DNA of 63,725 bases, counting the filler, from Reticulomyxa filosa (lineage: Eukaryota; Protista; Foraminifera), in NCBI GenBank assembly GCA_000512085.1. It is 17 parts of 17 records of this genome, joined end to end, with 100 filler letters (N's around TTAATTAATTAA, not from the genome) between each part and the next. Parts side by side here need not be neighbours in the genome. Positions count along the whole stretch, not along the records: positions 24,090 to 27,744 come from ASPP01039367.1; positions 27,845 to 36,004 come from ASPP01018536.1; 15 more parts are not named here. The stretch is one strand, 5' to 3'. The notes under the pieces were generated by a model, which was given only the letters and a program-made list of their open reading frames with translations, did not search any database and was not told where the DNA came from. This document shows positions 24,400-35,581 of this stretch, in pieces (the stretch's first letter is position 1; each line of letters begins with the position of its first letter). Made by a program: the position numbers and the translations under genes.

Positions 24400-27300
24400 G
24401 AAACAGCCAGAAGTAAAACAATTGAAGCAGTATGTCGAGTGGAGGCAAATCAATTAGTTGGTAATCAAGGTGACAATGACAGTATTTTGGAAAAAAAACT
24501 ACTTGAGATGACAATTGAAAAATTTAACCACACTCTGGAGCAAAGGAAAAAGTACGTAGCAAATGGACCTCAAGGAAGGAACAGTAAACCGGACCGTAGT
24601 ATAAAGGATGACATAGATCAACACATAAAAACAAAATCATCCAAGATAAGTAATAGAGTAGTAAGTGAATGCATGAACTTAGCTACATGGACAAAAGACA
24701 AAGATTTGGACCAGAAAAGCAATTTTTTGGCTCGCATGGGTTATTGGAAGCGAGATTGTTAAAGAAAAATAATATAGAGCAAAAGTTGCACGATTGTGCC
24801 CAAAGTTCGGTGGTGTCCCCCTTCCGAGATTGCAGCGCCACCATTCTTAATAGTGGAAGTGGAAGTCGAAGTGGAACCGGCATGGTGACTCGGCACCATC
24901 GTGAGGCCAACGGCAACTCGCAAAAGGCAAAAGGCACTAGTAAAACAAAATCTCAATCGTCCTCATTGCAATCAAGCGGAGGACTCGAACGTAGATGCGC
25001 TTGCTCTCACCGAAATTGTTTCCGAAAGACATACAAGCAAGCAAACAGTGAAACTGGCTGAAACACACACCTTTACACCTAAAGATATGTCAAACTTGTC
25101 ATTGACTAAGGAAATAATTCAAATCGATATCAACACAAAGACACCAGACCCAAGAACCTCCATACAATTACAAGCGATAACCGAGACCAGAGTCAATACA
25201 TTGGATGATTCTTTGCACCATTTATCTTTGGATTTGTCGACCAACATGCCAATACTTCATCCGAAAAATATCCAAGCTCTGATCAAGACTATCTCCATTT
25301 TGCCATTGGATGCAGCCATTTCAATATGCAAGAGTAGAAGTGAGTTAGTGACAACAGTACATTTGGAATCCGTCAAACAGGGCCCAAAAGACTTGAGAGG
25401 ACATGCAAAGCATCAACAAAAATAGCCAAGACTCAATCACTCATTTGAACGAACTCGAGGCCAACCAAGAGGCTTCAAGCATTGAACAAAACGAACGCAA
25501 GTATAACCAAGAAGACCAAGACAACCCCGACGATATACAAAGCAATAGCCCCTCCAGCAATGATACCTTCGAATATAATAACAAAATGATCCAGCAGCCA
25601 GCAGACCTTAGTGGGATTGACGAGGAAAAAGAGGCAGCGCTGGACGGAGCATTCGAGAAAGACGACAGTACGATGTGGATTACGACAATTATCCAACAAT
25701 TCCAGATGCCAAAAGCCAAGATGAAGAGGCCGATAAAGCTCAATGGACAGATAATTTCCATATTGATGGCTGTGACGTGGTACTCAAGACACAAGTTGGT
25801 CATATTAAAAATGCTCCATACTACTTCCACACGTATAAAAGGGTATTATGCTTGCATTGTCGCATAACAATACCAGCAAATTACGCAAGGCATGGTATGT
25901 ACTCGCAGTGTGTCAAGGCATTATCCGTTCACAACATCCACAAACAGAAATCAAAATCGATTTTAGTGCCCCAGAAGAAATGGACGATTTAGCCCAGTGG
26001 ACGTGGCCCAAACTAGAAGAAATATTTGCCAGGATACCCAAAGCAGCAAGGAACCATTTTGCATCGATATCCAAACATAACAATATGGAAGCGTTGGCGA
26101 AATGGATGGTGATGATACGCACGATACTATGGGCGCCTGAGAGTGAGGGGGAGAAAACACACAACAACACAACCAAAGTAATTATGAACCGGATCAAAAT
26201 GTGGATAGAGCAAGCCTTTGGCTGTTTACGAAAATATTTCTTACTGTAATCCGGGAAAATATACAAAGCATCCAAGAATCACACATCGGCCAAGCAGAAT
26301 AAAATCGCCAATAATAAGAGATAAATCAAATTTGCAGCGATTGGAGAGCTATCAAAACCATACAAAGCATTGTCCCATCTCCATCTATGAAATACGACGA
26401 TACAACAATCACAGCACTTCGTAACAAGCATTCAGATGAGCCTTCACCATGTGACATTATCTCATCCTTCGCAAGGAACCAAGATCCGAATCTGCCACCA
26501 CTGTCAGTACACCAGCAGATCACCGTCGAAGAATTGACCAGGCACATTGACAAATTGAATAGAATCTCGTCAGGAGGCATCGACCTTTTAACAGAGCAGC
26601 ATCTAATTGACCTTGAACCATACCAAGCGTAGCCCAACACATTGGAAAATTGTGCCAAGTTAGCACAGTTGGTGCTTGAAGGAAGAGTGTGTTCGGAGGC
26701 CCAAGCAATTGCTTATGGGCTAGATTAATCGCAATTCCAAAACGAGACAACACACCAAGGCAATCGCGTTGGTTCTCTTTTTGGTCGATCGTCTGGATCA
26801 ATCATACTGCATAGGCATTCCAAAGAAATCACAACAATACTTGGGTCCAACCAACTCTGCGTAAACACGAAGCGAGACATCGAAGTCTTCTTGCATGGCT
26901 TCAAAGCTGTATTGAACAAGAGTACTCGCTGGGCGGAACCTTTTTCGCAATTGTTCTGGCAGACGCCCTCAAATTCTCGTTTGCCATTGTCACCAATTTA
27001 TATCATACCGCATACCACGACGACTTGACCATTGCAGCGGATGATCCGGAAAATGTCGTTCAAGCTGTCACAGCCATTCCCCCCAACCGGAGAATCGCAT
27101 ATTACAAATAAATTTAAACAAATGCGAGTGGATTGCCGACGATGAAACACAGCCTCCCCGTCTACCTAAATCAAATTTCACACAATAAATATTTAATACA
27201 ACAATAGTCGGAGTCCCTGTTGGCGATGGTAAACACGTACAAAAAGAAATGGACGTTGTTCTCCAAGATTGGAACTTCCAGTTCGAAAGCCTTCTAAGTC

Positions 27301-27744
27301 TGAAACACGTGCAGACCATGCTCATCCTCCTCAGAAATTCAATGAACGCAACCAAAGCCAAGTACCATATGAGGGCAAATTTCCTCAGAGGAGCCCACAA
27401 CTGGACAACTCAGTTTGACGAGAAGATAAAACGATGCAAAGACTCCATACTCGCCTGCCCTCTTACGAATTGTCAATGGCTTCATTGTCAGATGCCGATA
27501 AAAAGGGGATTAGGCATCAATTCTGCAAATGCCCAGTCCAGCGCGGTGTTCATTATATCTGCTCCAGCAGCAAGCCAAAAATCACCAGAGATCCACTCCC
27601 ATATCCAAAGTATCTAATGGAAATCACAATTTAAAGTTGAAGATGTCATCGAGCATTATAACAAAAATACACGGTCGCAAGATAACATTATCGACTGTTT
27701 TTCATACCAAACCAATCCCGCACTAAAAAGATCACATCGCGTAT
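24400..27744 (+). mobile_element. Degenerate non-LTR retrotransposon with CRE/SLACS-like reverse transcriptase
   Basis: Ordered RT remnants across frames: SSGGIDLL, ARLIAIPKRDNTPR, LGSNQLCV, AYHDDLTI (~27010-27033), LQINLNKCEW, IVGVPVG, QMPIKRGLGI. Upstream Cys/His cluster LCLHC...H. Many stops and frameshifts. Confidence 0.75.
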
Positions 27745-28130
27745 NNNNNNNNNNNNNNNNNNNNNNNNNNNNNNNNNNNNNNNNNNNNTTAATTAATTAA
27801 NNNNNNNNNNNNNNNNNNNNNNNNNNNNNNNNNNNNNNNNNNNNTGCAATCTTTTTTGACGCGAATAATGCCAACCTCTTGAGATAAAGAGTACAGCTCC
27901 AATTCAGGAAATCCCCTATATCATTGTGATTATGTTTGTCTGCCACAATTGACAAGTCATTCTTGTCGATTTTCATAAGCTTCAAAGTGATGACATAACA
28001 TATTTTTGTGACAAGCTTGTCGAAATCATGCCATATCCAAATTTGATATGTAACTTTCGATTTTAAAAAAAAAAGTGAGTGCATGAAATTTTAATTGGTA
28101 CTATACAAATTAGGTAATACTGCACTCAGA

Positions 28131-28317
28131 TACTACCTCAAGCAGCATTTTGACTGTAAAGTGCTGTGGTAGTACCGCTTTTGGTCTGTAAGACTTGAGT
28201 ACTGCGGACTATTATGCCAGGCAGGTGGGGCACAAGGGTGGTAGTACGTGCGGCCGGGGATCCTGGAGTTCACGGCTCTATACTGGGACGGGTGTAAGAG
28301 GATTATGGCTTTTTTTT
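28131..28317 (+). ncRNA. Candidate structured RNA, family unassigned
   Basis: GC-rich island with no ORF. Hairpin TACTACC-(TCAA)-GCAGCATTT...AAGTGCTGT-GGTAGTA (28131-28174), further short stems, and a terminal T8 (28310-28317). Confidence 0.35.
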
Positions 28318-29032
28318 CAAAGAAAATACTTTTTGCTATAATCCTTTTTTTCTAATTCCTCCTTTTTGTGAAAATAAACAACACTTTGCGTTGCGAGAGA
28401 AGCAATATGTCAATGTGGAAAAATATAAAATTGAACTCGTGCTTATATAACGTGATTGTAATATTGTACGATAAATCAAAAAAAAAACGAACCAAAAACA
28501 ATAACACTTTTTTAAGTCATGGCTTTCAAAACAAAACTAACATTATGATTATAGATAAGCACTGTAGTCATGCAAAAATGTGCATATTTTTTCAGTTTTT
28601 GTTGTTGTCGACTACGAAACTTTTGTACCTTCAACTTTGAAAAGGCTTTTCCCTGTTATGTTACCTATTCGATCACAGGTACGATCGGCAAGACTAGCTT
28701 GCACAATATTCCATTAACAAACGTTGACAATTCTCTAAAAAAGAGTTTATTGAAAGTTTAAGTGAACTTTTGATTCTTTTCCAAAAATGAGATGTGACCA
28801 TACAGTGGAGTTGAACTTTGGTAAATTTTTCTTGTGATAAACAATCCTCAAATTAGTTTTATTGAGGAAAAAAATTTGATAAGATAATTGTTTGCCAAAC
28901 ACAAACATCTGACTCTTAATTTTTCAAACAAATGAAATTAGAACAAAGTGCCCACTGGACAAATCACAAGAAGTTCTCAAAATAGTTGTGAAAAAAGGCA
29001 TTACATGACCAGCACAAAATTTAATGCAGCAA

Positions 29033-31981
29033 TTACCACATCGGTTGATTCGAGCTGCCGAAGCCTTGGTTAAAGTTGATGTTTCCTTGATTTGGATTAA
29101 TTTGTGGGTTAAATCCCATTTGTGGATTAAATCCCATCCCCATCTGCGGATTCATTCCCATGCCCATTTGAGGATTAAAGCCCATTTGAGGATTCATTCC
29201 CATACCCATTTGAGGATTAAAACCCATTTGAGGATTTACTCCCATGCCCATTTGTGGGTTCATGCTCATTCCAAGAGGATCAATTGTATCTGTGTTGGCA
29301 AAGTATCAAGAAAAAGAAAAAGTTTCTTTTTCGTATTCTTCATGGTTAATGTTTATTTCCTTTCGTTAGGAGTGACATTCACATTAGAAAAAAATTTGAA
29401 CAACATACTCAAGCTGGTGAATTGTGGCCGATTAGTTCCATATGTGGTTAATGGTATTCCAGTTCCAGTGCTGCTCTGAGGTTTTTTTGTTGAATCAGGG
29501 TTGAATGCAGCATATGTTGTAGTAGTTTTAGACAAATTGTCGAGATTGACCAAATTTCCCCCTAATCCCCATGCGTCATTGGGATTGGTTGTGGGTTTCT
29601 TGGACTGTTCTGACACTTTTTTCGTCGTTTTCTCTTCTTTGATAGCACCACTCAATGTCTTTTTCACTGTCACCTCTTTCTCTTCATGTAAGTTTATGCC
29701 TACTCCTCCGGTTTCACTGCTTTGGAAATTACCAAATATGTCATCAACGCCGTTTCCAGAGACATTGCTGTTCAATGTATCGAATAAATCACCTCCCGTT
29801 GTTCCGCCTGCTTGTTTGTTTGCTTTAAAAAACCAATTTATCAAACAAAACAACTTGATTTTATCTTTATGTCAAACAAAACAAAATAATAACTACTTTT
29901 TGGCTTATTGTCCCACTCGAAAACATTGATTGTGGCGGAAGTTGATGAGGTAAAACTAAATGGGTCGTTTGATTGAGCTTGTATGGTTTGATTCTTGGAG
30001 GCCTTAGGTTGAGGGGCGTCAAATGGGGCAAATTCGTCAAAATCTCCGCCAATGTTAGTGTTTTCGAACGCACTTGTCATTTGGTCAAACTCAAAGTCAT
30101 TTGACTTTGTTGTCTTTTTGTCTGTCGTTGGTGGTTCTAAAGGTTCCAATTTCATACCCTTAATACCAATCGTCGAAAGAAAAAAAAAAGTGCACACATT
30201 ATTTTTATCGTACAAGAGAGTGAACAATATAATAATTAAAAAAACAAACGAAACTTGGAAAGGTTTTTTTTTTTCTTTTTGAGCTTTTTTCTTTTGGCTC
30301 TTTTTTGGGCTTTCATCATCATCGGCATTGTCGCTATTTGGTTCTGTTTCTTCATCATCCTCTTCCTTTTGTTTTTTTTTTTTTTCTTCTTGTCTTTTTC
30401 CTCCTCTGAATCCTCGTCGTCGTTGCTTTCTTTCCTTTTTTTTTCTTCTTTTTTGTTTCCTCCGCTTTCATCATCCGTCCAAACATCTTTCGTTTTGTTT
30501 GTTTAATTGTTTCTTTACTCTTTTCCAAAAAAAAAAAAAAGATTTGTTTCAAATCTCATTATTATAATTTACAATCTTTGTCTTTTGCGACAAGTAAGTA
30601 TATAGCAAACAGACGTAGGATATTATCGCTTGCAAGCAATTGCTTTTATTTAAAAAAAAAACACATGCGTTTTTTTTTCTTTTCTTAAAAAATGTAATAA
30701 TCATCTTTGACATACCAAATTCATCGTCATCTTTGTTTTTGCTTTTGCTTTTGCTTTTTCTTTTTTTCTTCTTTTCAGAGTTTTCTTCGTCGTCATCTCG
30801 GTCTGTGTTGTTTATAGTACATCACGTATTTCTTTCTCCAATCAAAAAAAAAAAAGTTACACATGTACATACACAAGTACATAGACATAGATTCAGAAAT
30901 ATATACAAAGCGAGTTACAAAAAAAAAAAGGCAAAAATAGGTAAAAAAAAAAAAAAAAATAGGGTGGGTAGTTTTTGTTACTTGAAGAACGGAAGTCGTC
31001 ACTGGAACGAGACTTGTAATTGTTGCCTGAGAAATTACTGTTGTGCCCATATCCTCCGTAGTTGTCACTAGTGAAATTCGTTTTCCCAACGTCTTGCATT
31101 TTTCTCTATTCTCAAAAGCAACCCCATTTTTTTTTGGGTTTCTTTTTTTTTTTTTTTTTTTTGCGCCCCCTGGTCAAGTAGACGTATCAAAAAAAAAACA
31201 TTCAAAGTTTTCACAAGTAACTCTTTGCTTTTGCGATTCTTCTCTGGCTTCGTTCAATCGCTTCTTATCTCCGACTAGTTCTAGTATTTGTTGCGATAAT
31301 TGGCGAATGCCTCGTCCTCTGTTGTATTCGTATTATTTTTGCGCTTATGCATGTCTCCCCCCCCTAAGATGACCAAATTGTTCATTCCCTTTTTTTTTTT
31401 TTGGAAGGGGAGAGAGAGGAAGGACAAGGAAAGGAAGTGCGTTTTTGTTTGTTTCCAACGAACTTGTCTTGGCCATTGGTAGGGTCAATATAACTAAAGC
31501 TTTGAAGAGCTCTTAATGCAAATTGGTGATCACGGATTTCGTCCACTACTCTCTCGTGTCCACACTTCAATAAAAACATCAATAAGTCCAGTGATTTAAA
31601 CACAATACGCCAATTGCTGTCTTTTTCACCAATTCTCTTCCATAATATGCCCATTATTTCTCGGAAACTCTGTTCAGAATTTTCGTGTTTATTTTATTTT
31701 TTTAAGAGCACTCTTCGGTTGTCAAAAAACCAAGGAAGAAATTTCTCCAAACAAAACAAACAAGTCAAGGGGGGGGGGGGGGGAAGGGAAAGGGAAAAAA
31801 AACAAATACACAAAGAAACCTGATAGTCGTGCGTTGCATCCGCTATTTCGTTCTTAAGTGTACTTGACGTACCCCAGTTTTCATTCGATGTGGCATCTTT
31901 CACTTTCTTTTCCAATTCGCTACCTTGGAAAGAATCTAACTTTTGCGCCACGCTACTTCCAATACTTTTCACAAAATCCAT
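29033..31981 (-). CDS. Epsin-related (ENTH domain; epsinR/CLINT1-like) clathrin adaptor, multi-exon
   Basis: ELEKKVKDATSNENWG, LWKRI...NWRIVFKSLDLLMFLLKCGHERVV, DPF and DEF motifs, clathrin-box-like LVNLD, Met-rich NPQMG tail. Confidence 0.92.
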
Positions 31982-32810
31982 CTTCAATCCCGGCTACGCC
32001 TCTTTTTTTTTTGCGACTGAATAATCAACGATAAAAAGAAAAAAGAAAATCCTTCGCAACTTGATAGTGATGTTTGTGATGAGGATTTTGTCCTTATCGA
32101 AATAGAAAAAATTTGCTCTCCCCTCTCTTTGTGGGTTGTGACTTGCTTTGTTACCGCTTTTTACAGATATTCCAAAATTCAAATTAATTCAAAAAGTCAT
32201 TACACGTTTCGGAAGTGTTTTTGACAACAGCAAAACTATCTTTTTATTCGAAACTTTTAATTTATGCAATTCAAGGCAACGGCAAAAGTTTATTTTTTAG
32301 TGCTTGCTTTCTGCACTCAGCAGCCTTGGTATTGCGGCACTAGTTAAAAAATTTCTTTTGGTATGCGTACACATGAACAAAATTTGAACTTTTTCGTCAA
32401 GCAAAGCATTTTGGTCAATTCAAAAAGAAAAAGGTGTATACATTAGAAAACCAAAACCAACTCACACAAAACCAAGAACAATGTTTTTTTTAAAATTCCT
32501 TAAGGAAGTGCATGCAACGCATGTACGCATAGATGCATTACATGTACAGCTCGATTGAATGTTAAAGGAAGAAAAAAAAATTCTATTATTTTTTCAGCAA
32601 ACGTTGTATACACACGAACACAACAATTACATTATCAAAAAAAAAAAAAAAAAAACAACTCTAACCAAAACAATAATTAAAAAAACCAGCACAATGGGCC
32701 GAACAAAAGGCAAAAGAAACTAACTATAAACACAAAAAAAAAAAAAAAAAAAGAAAGATAAAGTGTTAGGCCAATATAAGCTGATGAAAAATATTCCTGC
32801 AAATGAACTT

Positions 32811-33909
32811 CTAACAACAAAAGAAACGGAAAGACTGTTTGGAGTGCAATTGCAGGAATTCAACGACCGATTTATGGTGATGATGTTCGGCGTAGTCTAA
32901 AGGGAGGAAGCCATTTTGATCTCTCACTTCGATCCACGCCTCATGTGTTTCAATCAGAAACTTGACCCACTCCAAATCTCCAATGCTCGCTGCACAGTGT
33001 AGCATAGTCACCCCCTCTGGTCTTTTCCCCGAGCTATTGACCGGAGCTCCGGACTCTATCAACAGCTTGCCTATTTTGTAGCTCGTCAAGTCGTCCGGGT
33101 TGAAGTTGTCAATTGCATAACTGAGACATGTCTTGTGTTCGTCGTCCGTTACATCTAATACAATATCCGGACAATGTAACAGGCATTGCGCAATTTCGGT
33201 ATGATCTTTCACAAATTTAAAAATTATATATGTATACGTATACGTACAGAAGCTACTAAAAAAAAAAAAAATTATTTTTTTTCCTTACTCAACTCATAGA
33301 CACCGCTTCCATCAAAGGAGTTCGGCCGATTTTTGTTTTGGAATTGACGTCTGCACCTTTGTTGATCAATAAATCAACCAATTTTTTTTTGTTTGCCGCA
33401 CAAGCAACATGCAAGGGGGTACTCCCGTCGAATATTTGGTGTTGCGATACTGGTGCGCCTTTATCGAGCAACAACTCCAGCATTTCAATATTATCATTTT
33501 CTATCGTTTGTTGTATGTACGTATACATATATACATATACATACGTACGTATATGTGTGTATATAGTTTTTTTTTTTTTTTTTTGCTGTAATGTGTTCAT
33601 AGCCTAGTGATAGACCGGGAGGGAAAGAGAAAGAAACTAAAGAAAAAAAAAAACATCTCAAGTACCTACACATATGAAAATAGGAATTTGCTCATTCAAT
33701 ACACCAGACACAACACAATCTAGCTCAGCACCGTCTTCGATCAATTCAAACACTTTTCTGCGGTCGTTTTTTTGACAGGCTTCACAAAGTTCTTTGTTCA
33801 TATTGTTTTGTCTTTCCTTCTTTTTGTCTGTCAACTCTTCACGTAATGTCTCTCGACGAATTATTTCACCAAGAAGTTGGGAAATGCCTTCTGCTGAGCT
33901 TTGTGCCAT
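32811..33909 (-). CDS. Ankyrin-repeat protein, 3 exons
   Basis: DGSTPLHVAC, GRTPLMEAV, GVTMLHCAA, GFLPLDYA. Ends FFCC*. Confidence 0.9.
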
Positions 33910-34189
33910 CAGCCTGATATCTACCACACAATGTAAAGTTTTTTTTTGGTGTACTTTTTTAAAAGGCACTTGAATAGTTTTGCATTGTGGCTCAATTTTT
34001 TTGACCAATTTATAACCTCAATGACAAAAAAACTAATTTATTTGCAATTCGTGTTGACAGTGCATTCTTTTTTCAAAAAAAGTTGTCTCGGAGTGAAAAT
34101 ATCAGAAAAATATACGCTGAACTTTGAAAAGCAAAAACAAAAAAATTTAAAAATTGAATTTCCATTTCAACGTAAAAAAGTAGAGCAGA

Positions 34190-35581
34190 ATGACAGCCGT
34201 TATCACTGACGAAGATTATAATGCAATGTTTGCCGATGAGACGCTTGAAGCAGAAATAGAGGAAATGTGTTACTTGGAAGAGCTTTATCAAGAGAGTTTG
34301 TACGATACTATTCCTCCATCCTCATTTGATGTCCCTACAACGAGTTTCAATTCTTCGCTGAAGAGGAGAAGGAGGGGAGGAGGAGAAAGAAGAAAGGAAA
34401 GAGAAAAAAAAAATGGGACGACACATGACCACAAAGTTGCATAGACCTTGAATATCAATGAAAACAATACAGTAACGACAACAGAAGACGAGAAAGTGTC
34501 TCAAATGGTGTGCTTAACGTGAATATTTGCCCAAAGGCCTTTCCAGCTGGCTTTACATGCATAACAAAGGGACATGGTTGGGTGTTAACACCACACGGAG
34601 AAGAGCGTGCAATTATTGTGCGACATGACGAAAACGCTTCAGTTCATATCACAAAAAAAAAAAAAAAAAAAAAAACGTATACTAATGACGCCTACGTATA
34701 TACTTTACGGAAAGGGGGAGGGGGGATTTGTGAAAAAAAAAGGAAAAAGCAGTCGTTTATCATCGAAATGTCGAACCAACACATTTCGGAGCAGGACTAG
34801 CAGGGGGTGTATATCAAATGGTAAAAGGTGCAGTGGTACATCCACTGAAGGGTGTATCGGATCTTGTGGTGGAACCATACAAACACGTGAAAGCGAAACC
34901 ATGCCTAAAGTCGGCGGGAGTGGGATTGATGAAAGGCACAAAATCAGTGCTGGTGTCTCCGTTTAAAGTAATAAAGGACCGTTAGGGGGCACCCAAAAGA
35001 TATTCGAAGGGCTTTTCAACACCCCACAGGCTCTGATCAATTTCAGCCAAGGCGAAAGGTATGACACAATAATGCAATGGACAAAGGCACATAAGATCAA
35101 AGACTTGACCCAGTTTCCTGGGAAAGTCGGTGACATGCTTTGCGTTCATGAGGGCATGTATGCACATTGCATGCTGAAGTTTGATGACGACACAGTCATT
35201 CATCGCACTGGACGTGTCATCCAGCACAAAGATGGATCTGCAAAGTCAGTGCTGAGCAGTGGCAAGTTTGTGCAGTGTGGTGTGGAAACTTCGTCGTTAA
35301 GTGAAATTCAACGGGAATATGGCAAGCATATTCTCACCGTTGAAGATGCCCAATATTGCATTGTCAAAGGAATTGGAGATGAAAGCCATATCTACTTCAT
35401 TTACAAAGTCTTTGAACCGCAGGACATTGTTACCAATGCTTTCGAGTACATGGACGATCCCATCGAAAAAAAGGGATGGAACTTGTTCTCCAAAAATTGT
35501 GAGCACTTTTGCTTCAAATGTCGCTATGGCATTCATTTCAGTTCACAAATTGACTTGCTTCATACTGGTGAAACTCCTTAA
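34190..35581 (+). CDS. LRAT/PLAAT (permuted NlpC/P60) domain protein with upstream Gly-rich ATG_C-like segment, multi-exon
   Basis: YAHCML...TVIHRTG and WNLFSKNCEHFCFKCRYG. Upstream exon from 34753 reads PTHFGAGLAGGVYQMVKGAVVHPLKGVSDLVVEP...GLMKG...GLFNTPQA, with a frameshift at ~34973. Confidence 0.8.

Noticed and set aside
28130-28138. ATACTACCT as a U1 snRNA 5' end
   Set aside because: It is one base short of ATACTTACCT, and there is no U1-70K loop, U1A loop or clear Sm site downstream.
29024-29479. His-rich plus-strand ORF (HLRIH repeats)
   Set aside because: It is the antisense shadow of the NPQMG repeat exon.
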